DNA from: Octopus vulgaris
Taxonomy: Eukaryota
Direction of reading: 5' to 3'
NCBI GenBank assembly: GCA_951406725.2
Contig: OX597814.1
Location: forward strand, 93,124,001-93,188,000
Length of the DNA stretch: 64,000 bases
The notes beneath the pieces were generated by a model, which was not told where the DNA came from, searched no databases, and worked only from the letters and a program-made list of their open reading frames with translations. Below, one piece after another: positions 1 through 13,598 of the stretch; position 1 is the stretch's first letter; each line of letters opens with the position of its first letter. The translations under genes and the position numbers were made by a program.

Positions 1-296
1 AACATTACCGTCGTCACTCTCATTGCATTCTTGTCTACTATAGTAATCATCATCGTTAGCATCATCAACGTAGTCGTAATCTTTGTCGTCGTCATCATCG
101 TCATGATTATTATTATTAGTTAACACGCCGGACAGAGTGCTTTGCGGTATTTCATCCGTCGCTACGTTCTGAGTTCACTTTGCCTTCTGAGTTCGACTGT
201 GCCTTTCATCCTTTCGGGGGCGATAAAATAAGTACCAGTTGAGTACTGGTCAACGTATCATCGTCGTCGTCGTCGTCATCATCATTGTTATTATAC

Positions 297-1712
297 AGGA
301 TTCTGCTCGTGGATCTGAAAGAGGAAGGACGTGTGTTTGTGAGCTGTAAATTTTTGTTCAATTTTTACAGATGATATTGTTGTATCTGAAAATTTCATAC
401 ATTTCCGTGACCAAGCTGACTGGGCTCTTGCTGAGCTGAGTGGTTAAGCGGGACTTTAGCCCTATTGGGCCGAATTTTCAATTTAAATTCTTCATTTATT
501 CATTTTTCAATTTTAAAATTTGCAAAATGTCCTTGGCGAAGAGTATCGGCTCTTCCTTTCTTCGTGACTTCCCTCCTCTCCTGTTGGAAAGCAGCCAAAA
601 AAGTTTAAAATTGTCTCCGTCCTCTCCGCGCCTTAAAAGGCAGAAAGAGATACGACCAAAGTCTTGCTAGGCAGTGCAACGCTGAGCAACAGAAGGAAAA
701 AGAAGAAAAGAAAGGCAAGAAAGATGAGGAAAAGAGTAAGGAAATTCAGCTAATGAATGCTGCCAGTTTCGCAACACCTGTGAATCCAAACCCTCCTACT
801 ACCACCACTAACACTAAAACATTGAACACTCAACAGCAGCACCAACAAGCCAATGCATTAAATAGCTAAGGATTTGCTTCAATGACAAAGCCTAGAAATG
901 AATTCATTAATATTTCTGTAGAATCTCTCAAAGACGACAGAAACATGTTAAAAAGAAAAAGCAAAAGATGTGTTTCGATTAACACACCTCCAGATATTAT
1001 AGACAATGCAAACAAACGTACAATTATGTATAAAACTATCTCTTTAAAAATAGACGTTTACAAACTGCCACAAAACAAGCAGTTGAAAAATGCTATGCAA
1101 CTCATTTGGAATGACGTAACCTATCTCTCGAGGGGTAAGAAACATGGTACAATTGAAGTCAGATTTGCAACAAAAGACGTAGCAAAACAGCAGTCAACAG
1201 TCCTGCTGAGCTTGTCCTTGTTCCAACATACTTGGGACGGAGAGTCGCCAAGATAAAAATACTGGAGATACCACCAGAAATGAACGCTTGCTGGATTATC
1301 GCAGCCGTCCTCTTCGACTTGGAAGCTAAAATCAGAATCATCCAAGTCGAGAAACAAGGAAAGAAAACAACTGGACTGGTCAGGAACTGCAAATAATGGT
1401 CCAAATAAACCAAGACGTTTTTGAACAAATTCCTGACCAAATCAGCCTTCCAGACGGCACTATGCTGAACGTCACAGTTGAGAACAGAAGACCAAGATGT
1501 TATCAATGCGAACAGAATAACCACCTGAAAGCCTTCTGCTCACAACTAAAACGGAAAGAGGGCACTACCCCCCTGATACAAGCACCACCTACACCACAAC
1601 TGAAGCAACCCCAACAAAAGCAACCCCCACAAAAGAAGAAACCCCACGAAAAGAAAGCAGAGAGGGCTCCAGCAAAAGCACCACCACCACCACCACCACC
1701 ACCACCACCACC

Positions 1713-1760
<48 letters not shown>

Positions 1761-2260
1761 TACACGAGAGACAATAATACCAACAACAATAGAGGCGTTG
1801 ACCACAACCACCACCACAGCGCCTACAAAAACATCAACGCAGCTCTTGCCAGAGGAACAAAATGCATCATCAAATTTCGACCCACTGGAACGACCCCTTC
1901 CCGACTCTGACCACTCAGACATGTCGTGCAGAAAGGCCAACAGAATTGAGTGGACAGAAGTCACACGTAAAAGACTAAGAAAAAGGCACAACAGTACACC
2001 AACAAATAAACAAGCTGTACCCACCAAAAAGCTTCCAAATCCCTCGAAAACAATAACAACAGCACACCAACACCCACGCTTCCAAAACCTTCACCAACAC
2101 CACCACTACCAACACCAACAGTACAAGGCACAACAGGGTCAACACAAAAAGTAAACAAAATAACAAAAACGCCACAAAACTTACTGTCATAAACACAGAC
2201 AACAGAAACTTACTATTTATACATAAAGAAAAATACAGACATCAAAATGACTGACTTTGT
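297..2260 (+). mobile_element. Tx1/L1-like non-LTR retrotransposon 5' part with frameshifted ORF1 (gag-like, CCHC zinc knuckle)
   Basis: ORFs 882-1256 and 1396-2154 join across a frameshift: LIWNDVTYLSRGKKHGTIEVRF...EIPPEMNACWIIAAV...RRPRCYQCEQNNHLKAFC (CX2CX4HX4C). Homologous to the ORF1 at 55.5-56.2 kb. Boundaries approximate. Confidence 0.8.
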
Positions 2261-2342
2261 CCCCCCCCCCATGTGGTGAAGAAAAAAATCTTGTTAAAGG
2301 GCAAATCTTATTTAGAAACATTGCAAAAAAATAAATAATTAA

Positions 2343-2377
<35 letters not shown>

Positions 2378-2394
2378 TAATAATAATAATAATT

Positions 2395-2425
<31 letters not shown>

Positions 2426-2619
2426 TAATAATAATGATAAAGATATTAACTACATAAAATTTATTATGAATAGAATGTGAATTATGTCGTGGGAGTGAGT
2501 GGTGTTGGATGTACGGTAAATAATTCCTGACATGTTTTGACCTTATTAGACCTCATCTGCCACCACTCATACAGGTACTTCGAATATCACAACATACATC
2601 ATAAAATCCTAATTTTCAC

Positions 2620-5210
2620 AGGTGAATGGAGGCTTTCAACTGGTTGGACACTTTTAACTGTCTGACGTACCGACTGAATTTCCCGAATGTGACAATGTGG
2701 ACATGAGCAAACCGCATCAGAACATCCAGATCGTATCTAGATAGAGTATTTTGCAGGTCTTTAGATAGGGAGAGTATTAGTTGTCCACAATTTCAAATAG
2801 TCGGCTACATAAATTATAAATTGGTGACCTTAAAGTCGACTTCGATAGCATACATAGTCAGGGCCCCGGCTACTGGAAGCTGAACACGTCAGTACCGGCG
2901 TGCCAAGCTTACAGAGACCGGATTAAAGAGTGAGTTTAGAAAGCTTTGCCGGTGGGCCATTTCAAAGGATGGATTTTACTGCCTACCTCGATGGTCTGCT
3001 ACGACTCTCAGCAAGAGATGCGGAGTGTTGCGAAAGGCCAATAAAAATTAAGGAATACGGGACGAGATAATGGGCTGCGCAGGGGAAAAATCGCCGGTAT
3101 TAGATTGTTTGCCCTACGAGCTTTATTCTAGTATGCCAGACTTATTTGCAGGCCTCTTGGCAGATATCTACTGCAACTAGCAACAGAATGAGAGAATTCC
3201 CTAATCTGTTAGCTGAGGAGTAGTGCTATTGCTGAGAAAAGATCCCAACAATGGTGAAGTATTAGATAAGTTTTGGCCTATCATTCTGCTTAATGCAAAC
3301 ATGAAAATTTTGGCCAAAGTATTAGTGAAGAGGTTGGCACTCGTCGTCGAGAAACTGGTTTGAGACGCACAAACATGCGCCGTCCCAAACAGGTCCATCC
3401 ACGACAACCTCCACCTCATGCGCTACATCGTGGATAGGGTAGTTTAAAAACCTGGCATGGGTGGGGATCTGATCAATTTAGATCAGTCAAAAGCCTTTGA
3501 TAGGGTTGACTATCAATATCTGGCAGCTGCCCTCATGGCGGGCGATTTCGGTCCGGTTTTCCACGGTTGGATCGCTGCTATGTACAGCGACATCTGCTCA
3601 GTAGTCCGGGTGGATGGTACCTATCAGAGCCATTCAACATCGTGCGTTCGGTCCATCGAGGGTGCCCCTTCTCATCCCTTCCATGTGTACTGACCCTCGA
3701 GCCATTATTTCGGAAACTGGAGACGTTGAGAGGCATCTCGCATGAACTAGGAACATGGTAGAGTTGTGTTGACATATGCAGACAACCTCACCGTCATAGT
3801 GTCGGACGACAAACACATAGATATGACCGACAGCGCTGTAGGACATTGGACGGTCGGGCCTGTAAAATTGCTCGGGATCTGCCGACCGGACTTCCAACTG
3901 GAGAAGAACTGGAGCGAGGTGACGAGCAGGATAGCCATTTTCACCCAGTAATGGGCCGAGAGAAAGCTTTTCTTGAAATGTCGGGCAGAAGTGGCGAACA
4001 CATACGTCGCCTGAGTCATTTACTACCGCCTCACCGTCGTGCCTTGCCCCAGTTTGTACCTGGTCAAGCTGGAGCGTTTGCTTTTCCGCCTTTTATGGAA
4101 GAGAAAGACTCCGCTGGTCAGGTGCTCCATCTGCTGTCAACACCCTATGAACGGTGGGCTTGGTATACCGTGGCTATTGATGCGCAGAAATGTGTTGAGG
4201 CTGCAACACACCCAGCATTTCCTCGACGACGGTGAGCAGGTGTGGTCGCAGTTTGTCAGACTCGCTTTCCTGCAGCTCGTCTCTTTGAATTAGCTGCAAT
4301 CTTGGATCAAACGTAGAGCGAGGCTGGGCGATGCAGTTAGTGGAAGTTCTAGTATGGCGTTGTATAGAGGGTTAGTGGTGAAAAGAAACAACGACGTTCT
4401 TGGAGAGACAATAGGCATCGATAAATTTCAACTCACCAGTCTATTCTGGAAGACTTTCGGGCCGGGGCCTAGGGATAACTTCCAGAAATCCCTGGCCTGG
4501 CAGTGCTACCGCGGGGCTTTGCCTGTTCGAGATAAATTCTACAGGTACGGAAGAGCCATCGGTCAGACCTGCCCGAGATGTGGGCTAAGCGACGAAATCG
4601 TTCTGCACGCACTCGTCCATTGCCCGAGCATATCTGATATATGGGTTTATGTCGAACACCTGCTGTCACCTATAGAACGTGTCCGCTTGCTGGCTGATTC
4701 CATCATGAAGATTGCCCCGCCGCCTTCCTTTGGCCGGCAAGGAAAGGCAATTTTCATCTGTCTTGTAGCTGTAGCGAAAGAGGTTGTATGGTGGTCTGGA
4801 CTGAAAGAGCTGAAAACAAATACTTTTCTCTTTGTCCTACCCCTCATCAACTTTTTCAGATACCATCTGAAAGGAAAGTGAAGGTTGAGAGAGAAGTGTG
4901 CCTACTTTGTGAGCCTACTTTGAGCATGCGCTTTTGAGTTTCTAAGGCTGAGAAAGAGAGAAAGATAGGGAGCGAGCTCTTGCAGAAAATACACAATCGC
5001 CTCGACCCTTAGGTCGAGGCGATTGTGTATTTTTCGTGGGGTCCCCATGAGAAGCCCTGAGTTGCTTGCCTCCTTTAGACATTTTCTTTGTTATAGTTTT
5101 CATTGTTATCGACTTTTTTTCATGACACTTTATGTAAACCCCACTTTGTCCTTCATGTTTTGTAATGTCCAGTCTCATTTTTGTCGGCCCTTGTGGCTAA
5201 TGAAGAAAGG
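2620..5210 (+). mobile_element. Degenerate Tx1/L1-clade LINE ORF2 (APE endonuclease C-terminus, RT, zf-RVT) plus 3' UTR ending in (ATT)n
   Basis: Motifs across frames: SRSYLDRVF, GPGYWKLNTS, WPIILLNANMKILAKVL, LDQSKAFDRVD, RGCPFSSL, TYADNLT, GGLGIP, CPRCGLSDEIVLHALVHC. Many stops and frameshifts. Confidence 0.9.
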
Positions 5211-5515
<305 letters not shown>

Positions 5516-5870
5516 TCCCGCTACAATAACAACATCATCAACACTTGTATTACCAATAGCAATAAAAGGCAGTTAATATCAATTATGCAGCACGTCTCTA
5601 CTACACACGCGCGCGCACGAACACTCATAGAGTGCGCGCGTGCGCGTGTGATAGGGGGAGAGAGTGAGAGAGAGAAAGAGTCTTTTCCGCTGCACTCCAT
5701 GAAAATAAATGTGTTAACCTGTTCAACAATGTATGCTAGCAACCATACATCTTCGATTCAATTATAAATATTGATTTCATACAGAGGTAGTCAGTCAGTT
5801 AGTCAGTCGGCTTAGTATGTATAGAGAAGTGGTATAAGTGACTGAAATAACTCTCATTAAATGTGTCAGG

Positions 5871-7060
5871 GAAGCCGCGAGCTGGTGGAATCGTTATCAC
5901 GCCGGGCGAAATGCGAAGCGGTATTTCGTCTGCCGCTGCGTTCTGAGTTCAAATTCCGCCGAGGTCGACTTAGCCTTTCATCCTTTCGGGGTCGATTAAA
6001 TAAGTACCAGTTACGCACTAGGGTCGATAAAATCGACTTAATCCGTTTGTCTGTCCTTGTTTGTCCTCTCTGTGTTTAGCCCCTTGTGGGTAGTAAAGAA
6101 GTAGGTATTTCGCCTGCCGCTACGTTCAGAGTTCAAATTCCGCTGAGGTCGACTTTGTCTTTCATCTTTTCGGGGTCGATAAATCAAATACATGTTACGC
6201 ACTGGGATCGATGTAATCGACTTAATCCGTTTGTCTGTTCTTGGTTGTCCCCTCTGTGTTTAGCCCCTTGTGGGCAATAAAGAAATAAAAATAGTACCAG
6301 TTGAATACTGAGGCCAATGTAATCAACTAGCCCCCTCGAAAATTTCACGTCGTGTACCTACAGAAAGGATTATATATATATGTGAATCAAGGCGGCGAGC
6401 TGACGGAATTGTTAGCATACCGGACAAAATGCTTAGCAGCGTTTTTTCCGGCTCTTTACGTTCAGAGTTCATATTCCACTTAGGTCAACTTTGCCTTTCG
6501 TCCCTTTTGGGGTTGATAAACTAAAGTACCAGTCAAGTAATAGAGTCAATGTGTGACCTGGTACCAAAAATTGAAACTGTTTTGAAAGGTGGCGAACTGG
6601 CAGAGTCGTTAGCCCGCTGAACTTAGCGGCTCTTCTGGCTCTTTACGTTCTGAGTTCAGACGTCGGGGAGGTCGATTTTGTTCTTCGTCTATTCGGGTGT
6701 CTATAAGATAAGTACGAGTTGAGCAATGGGGGTCAATGTAATCGACTAGCCCCCTTCCTGAAAATATCAGACCTTGTACTTATATTAGAAAGAATTATAT
6801 GAGTTAGACAAGGCGGAATTGTTATGCATGCAAAAAAAAAAAAAAAAAGGGTAAAAATGCTTGGTGGTATTTCTTCCGGCGCTTTGCATTCTGAGTTCAA
6901 ATGCTACTGAAGTCGACTTTACGGTCTGATGATTCGGGGCTGATAAAATGAGTAGCTGGGTTGATAAGATAAATGAGTATCAGTTGAGCAAGAGTGAGTA
7001 TCAGTTGAGTGACCGACTCCTCCCCTTTAATACTGTTGGCCTTTTGCCAAACTTAAAAAG
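5871..7060 (+). mobile_element. Cluster of tRNA-derived SINE family A copies (dimeric, plus older degenerate copies)
   Basis: A-box-like GAGCTGGCAGAATCGTTAGC, B-box-like GAGTTCAAATTCC, conserved core GCCTTTCATCCTTTCGGGGTCGAT(T/A)AAATAAGTACCAG. More than 12 copies in the window. Confidence 0.9.
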
Positions 7061-8599
7061 AACTATACCTGATAGAGCATCTCTTGTCAAGAGAAACAAG
7101 TTGACAGAGTTGTTAGAGTACTGGCGCTCCACTGCCATGCGGTAGTTGTCCAGACTCACTGCGCTTTGAATTCAAATCCATCCAAAGTCAACAGTAGCCC
7201 ATCGTCCTTTAGAAACTGATAAAGTAAGTATCCAGCTTGAGCAGTGGATTGACAAAAGTATTCGAAGGATGGGTTTTTTTTCTAGCTCTATGGGTATTTG
7301 TTCCAAGTTGGTAGCCTTATACATTGGATAAACATTGGTAGCGTGCAGAGAGGAGGCTTGCATACACGGATAACTGTTAGTCTTCTTTAAAAAATCTTGT
7401 CCAGGCTTGCACGTACATCTGCAGATGCAAGGTCAATGCTGACCATCGAAAACCTTAAAAATTACTACCATGAATTAAATAGCACTGGTTTAACTGATAG
7501 CGCCAGGTAATAGTCGGTGACTAAAATAGCAACATCACTTTGGGGCAGAGAAAGTAGCATAGCTAGGGGTGAGGGGCGGTCCGTTTCGCGTGACGCTTTT
7601 ATGGGATCGGCACTTTGGAGCCGATTGTACTTGCCTGTATAGGCTGTATAGGCCTCATGCAGGGTGCACCCAATTCAAGGGCTGTTCTAGGCGGCACAGA
7701 CTCCAGCTACGCCGTGAGCAGAGGTTGCCAACGCGGTGTCCGTGGAACCTAAGCGCTCCTACAACGGTAGAACAGAGTCTCTGTAAATTTTGTTTGAAAT
7801 GTTAAAAAATTAGATTCTAAAACTCACAATCACTCCGTTACACAAAATTATTCCGATACATACAACTTTTGACTGAGATATAAAATTGAAAACGAGTTTG
7901 TTTGTCTTCGGGAAAAACGGATTTGATTTTCGAAATCTACGTCCCAAAGAGAGGGTTTCCGGTAAATATTAATAAAAGAATATAATTTTCTACGAGAAAC
8001 GGTTCAACTTTCAGGTAACCAAATCTACCACTCCTTATCTCTATCAGCAGAATCTGAACTTAGTGTAAAAAGACGGACGAAATACCACTAAGCATTTTGT
8101 CTGGCGTGCTAACGATTCTACCAGCTCGCCATCATTTTGCAAACAACGAAAACAATAACAACAACAACAACAACTGTTCTTTATCATAACTCAGGCTGGA
8201 TTTGAACTTTGGATACTGCAAGGGTTTAAAACTTTTGTGCTCTGCCCTTTCTAGTAATTTTTCAATTGTGAATGCTTAATTTTATCTCTTGGCTGGGGGC
8301 CAGCAATTTAAACGGAGTAAGTGACACCCACTCCTGCCCTTCCTTACATTTTCATTAATTATTTTATTAACTTTGTAGATAAAAAGTAAAGCAGACATTT
8401 AATGAAAGACGAACTAATTGCTCTAAGTCACGTGGTCTAGTCCTACTTTTTCTAAGTTTCAGCCGCACAGTAAATATTTACATTGAGACAAGAGAAAACT
8501 ACTCAGGTACACGCTCTGTATGCAAATGAAATAGTAAAGTTAGTGTTAATACAGTTAATGGAATAAGCCAAAACATTTTAATTAATTCTTTCTCGTTTT

Positions 8600-8810
8600 G
8601 GAACAAGGTTAGCAATTTTGAAGTGGGGTGAGGGTGGGAGTCGATGATACCGACGCTGGTACTTCACCGGTACTTAATTTTATCGAATCCGAAAGGATGA
8701 AAAGCAGAGTCGGTCTCGGTGGAATTTGAACTATGAACATAAAGCGTCGGAAGAAATTCCGCTAAGCAATTTTGTCCAACATGCTGACGATTCTGCCATC
8801 TCGCTGTCTT
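8600..8810 (-). mobile_element. SINE family A, degenerate
   Basis: Reverse complement of the family A core and head. Confidence 0.75.
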
Positions 8811-8840
8811 TTAAATTCAACTTTCAATTAATTTAAGTTA

Positions 8841-8910
8841 CCCATGTGGTGAAGAAAAAAAATCTTGTTAATCTGATTTAGAAACATTGCAAAAAAAAAA
8901 AAATTAAAAT

Positions 8911-8952
<42 letters not shown>

Positions 8953-9071
8953 GATATTAACTACATAACATTTATTATGAATAGAATGTGAATGATGTCG
9001 TAGGAGTGAGTGGCCTTGGATGTACGGTGAATAATTCCTGACATGCTTTGACCTTATTAGACCTCATCTGC
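8841..9071 (+). repeat. Dispersed duplicate of 2268-2560
   Basis: CCCATGTGGTGAAGAAAAAAA...GACCTTATTAGACCTCATCTGC is present at both loci. Confidence 0.9.
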
Positions 9072-9773
9072 AATCAAGTGAAGTCTTTTAGTAGCACTAT
9101 CAGGCAAAGCTAATCATGCACACACGTGTGTGTGTATGTATGTATGTATGTACATATGTATGCATGTATGTATGTATGTATGTATGTATGTATGTATGTA
9201 TGTATGTATGTATGTACATACGTACGTATGCATGTATGTATATATGTATGTATGTATGCATGTATGTATGTATGTATGTATGTATGTATGTATGTATGTA
9301 TGTATGTATGTATGTATGTATGTATGTATGTATAAGAAGCGTGTGTGTGTGTATGTGAATAAGTTCTGAATATTAATTTCAAGTTAGCTTACCATTCAGT
9401 GTTTAATCTCTATAAATCTATATTCTATTTGAAACGGTAAAGACTTTCATCTAATCCGTTAGATATATAGCCAAATATAATATAAACAAAGAACACAAAA
9501 AGAAAAACAAATAAAAAGCTGATACAATGGTTTTATTGTAATCTCCTAGTTCTGGGTTAATAGCATAAAATTTAGTAATAAATATACGTAATTAATTAAA
9601 ACTTGTATGGCTGTGTAGTTAAAGCGTTCGCTTTACATCTACGTGATTCTAAGTTCGACCCCACTGTATGTCACTATAGGGAGGTGTCCTTTACTTCAGT
9701 TCCAGATCACGAATGTGAGTAAAATTTGTGTGTGTTTTATGTTTGTGATCACGTTTAGCAGTGTAAAACGAGA

Positions 9774-9870
9774 TACCGTATTTTCGGAATGAAAAGTCGA
9801 GTTTTTACAAACCCGAACTTACAGCCAAAATAATGGTACGGCGACTTATACAGTAAAGCCGACGTTGGAG
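9774..9870 (+). mobile_element. Possible left end of a non-autonomous pogo-like DNA transposon
   Basis: TACCGTATTTTCGG resembles the TIR start of the pogo element at 29321. No matching right end found. Confidence 0.4.
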
Positions 9871-10332
9871 GACAAAGAATTCCATGTGAAATGCCACAGG
9901 ATTTGGAAAGATAGCGACACATGAGAACATTTCTACTCGAACACTGACATCTAACAAAATAAATGTTGATTGAAAGAACATACGCTTGATGTTGTTAAAA
10001 TAGCGGAGCTACAAAAACATTTCTATACATGTTTTTTGACTAGGAAATTCGCTTTGCAATCGCGTTCTTTTGATCTCAGTCATACTGCGCAGTACCCCGG
10101 GCAAATTCACTTACAGTATCTTGCGAGAGAATTTGGGAACTGCAGGGGCATGTTGTTTCTACATACATACATACATACATACATACATACATACATACAT
10201 ACATACATGTGCATGTGTATATACATGTTCATATGAAATACCTAATTATTTCACTTCTCTACTCCCATAATTTAATAACTGGTCTATTGTTTTTTTAGCA
10301 GTTGAAATATGTGACAAACTTACCTAAATCCG

Positions 10333-10392
<60 letters not shown>

Positions 10393-10446
10393 TCAACGTA
10401 GATATTTTGTTTGAACGCACAAAACTGCAGTATTTACTTTAAAAAA

Positions 10447-10898
10447 AACCTCTCATATGGACGCATGCTGCATAAAAGTACACTTATATCGTTGGTAGAT
10501 GAGAATTGTCTGCTATAGGCACCAGAAAGGGCGGATCACGTTATTTTGACGTATTGCATCACATCAGTGACAACCACCAGCTAGCCACATACCAGTCAAA
10601 TCTCAGTGACAACGATATATAGAATTCCAGTGATTTTTCAAACTCTGATATAGCAAATAGCTCTGCCGCTAGTAATTAAATTTTAATAAGTCTGCTAGCT
10701 ATTTGCATCATCAATGCTTGAAAAGTCACTGGAATTCCATATATCGTTGGCAAGCTGTCACCTGTCACTAAAGTGACGTAGTACTTCGAAATCACGTGAT
10801 CCCGCAGCTCCGGGCATTCGTAACAGAATATTCTCGTCTGCTAACGATATAAACGTGTGTGCTTTTATGCACCTTAGTGCAGTATTCTCCATGAGGTT
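10447..10898. mobile_element. Palindromic (fold-back) MITE
   Basis: Nested inverted blocks: TGCATAAAAG/CTTTTATGCA, TATATCGTT/AACGATATA, CAGTGACA/TGTCACTA, GAATTCCAGTGA/TCACTGGAATTC. Confidence 0.75.
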
Positions 10899-10990
10899 CC
10901 CACAGAAGTGAATACCTACCATATTCTGCGTTCTAACAAAACATCCACCATATATAAAGTTTACTTTTGGTATTAATACTGCTTCTGTCA

Positions 10991-11007
10991 CAATAATAAT
11001 AATAATG

Positions 11008-11071
<64 letters not shown>

Positions 11072-11073
11072 TA

Positions 11074-11150
<77 letters not shown>
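10991..11150. repeat. (AAT)n followed directly by (ATT)n: inverted microsatellite
   Basis: Direct reading; switch point near 11073. Confidence 0.95.
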
Positions 11151-11151
<1 letters not shown>

Positions 11152-11193
11152 AGAGAGAGAGAGATGCACATACATGTATGCATACATATAGAT

Positions 11194-11309
<116 letters not shown>

Positions 11310-11769
11310 GATGTGTATATCCTGTTTGAGTGGGAAGAATATTCACAAGTGAATTCGCCACTTATGTCAAAAAGATATCCCTTTCGAAGAAAAGAAAAAG
11401 AAAACCGCATAAGAAGTAATGAAATAAAGAGAAGTGAGTAGAGCACATGCGAATATTCCTTCCACGCAAATAGGATAAACACATCATGTAAATAGTTTTA
11501 CGACTGGACGAGACAGGAATACACATTATTATTTATGTGTGTATATATATTTTGTCAGTCCCCTATAATTTTATTTTATGTTCTTTGTTTTAGCTTCACT
11601 CATTGAACACGCATTGTTATTGTTTTACAGAATAGAGTAAGTGGAGCAAGAGCACACTCGAAAACGAAAAATGTCCCTGAAGAGGTCACAGAGGTATGAC
11701 GAAAGATTTCCGGACAATGGACATGAGTCAAACATAAGAACAGTAATAAACGAGTGAAGAACAGATATA

Positions 11770-12204
11770 GGATCTTTTCGGCTTGAACGGCAGTTTTTAA
11801 CATAATTTCTAGGTAACTAAAAAATTTTTAACTTCGTATACTGGTAGAATGTGTTTATAAAACATCTTTTTCTCTTGGCTTTATTGATAAAATTCTATAG
11901 TTTGTAAGATATTTGTTGTTTTTTTTCTTCAATTTCTGCAATTTCAACCAATCACTGACGTCTATTGAGGTAAAAAAAAACACTTTGTGCCGTATGAATA
12001 TGTCCCTCGTTTAAGAAACAGATTGGGTTTATTTACATTTGTGAAGAAAAAAAGATACCCTTCCCCCACCCCTAACCTTAACCCTAACTAACACTAACCC
12101 TAAATCAGATTGAAATGCGATAGATCGATACTAGGGTCATAATTATGGGTGACAATTACATATGACACCGCTAGAAAAAACTGCCGTTCAAACCGAAAAT
12201 ATCC
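11770..12204. mobile_element. Merlin-type MITE with internal CCCTAA-like repeats
   Basis: TIRs GGATCTTTTCGGCTTGAACGGCAGTTTT / AAAACTGCCGTTCAAACCGAAAATATCC; perfect 8-bp TSD CAGATATA (11762-11769, 12205-12212). Confidence 0.85.
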
Positions 12205-12783
12205 CAGATATATAGTGCGTGTGCTTATTTGTCAAAAAAACAAAAAAACAAAAACAAACAAACAAACAAACAAAAAAACAAACAAACAAGAAGACCATCC
12301 TGAAATATAACAATAACAATTCTATATTTATTTTATATTCTTTTATATCTATTTATTATCTTCGTTGTTACAATTATCACCCTCGGTCATTTTTTAGTTT
12401 TAGTTTTTGGTTTCATTATATTTTTGTTGTTGTTGTGAAGGTTGTGGTGGTGTTAATGATATTTGTTCTCTTATCATCACTATATATATATATATATATA
12501 TATGTTACCGGTAAGAATAATTGATCATGCACATAACCTTCATAAATGGTTCAAATAACATCTAGACTGGCTTGAACAGTAGCATTTATTTAAAATACTC
12601 TTTTTCATCTTCTGCAGAATAAGTATATTCATTGAACGATATCACGCCTTGTATGCTCTGGCTGACCGTGCGTAACAATAGTACGGACGTTTTACTGAAA
12701 TTAATTATGTGCCTCATATGATGAGGCCAGTTAATAGTAGAATGTTATAAAGTTAAAGTCTTGTTAGTTACAATGATGATAAC

Positions 12784-12885
<102 letters not shown>

Positions 12886-12890
12886 AATCA

Positions 12891-12957
<67 letters not shown>

Positions 12958-13146
12958 ACACACACGCTCTCTCTCTCTCACTGTATTTCTGTCTCTCAAC
13001 AACAACAACAACAACAACAACAACATCATGTCATTATAGTGAAAGGCTTTTCCTGAAGTTTGTGTTGCGTTGTCTGTGTGTTCAAAGACATACAGAAACA
13101 CACACACACATCCACACACTAATAACTCCCACAAAATAACTATAAG

Positions 13147-13191
<45 letters not shown>

Positions 13192-13194
<3 letters not shown>

Positions 13195-13528
13195 AAGGAA
13201 ATGAAGAAAATGCTGACTAAATAATTTAAGTAAGGGAGAGTATAGGTGAAAGTTCTTTACCGGTTGCGCATTTGTTATGCTTATCAAAAGATATTTTTTA
13301 AGAGAGTTCCTTTCTGATAGATTTTTTTCTCTTGTCAGATAAGAGAAAAAAATCTATCAGAAAGGAACTCTATCTCTCTTAGAAAAATATCTTTTGATAA
13401 GCATAACAAATGCGCAACCGGTAAAGAACTTTCACCTAATTAAATACACTCTCCCTTACTTAAATTATTTAGTCAGCATTTTCTTCATTTCTTTTTTTAT
13501 ATATCACAACTCGTATTCCACATCTCCT

Positions 13529-13598
<70 letters not shown>

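Noticed and set aside
11600-11760. Possible micro-exon or short exon (TTTTACAG AATAGA GTAAGT)
   Set aside because: Splice-like motifs are common in AT-rich DNA; no homology or other support
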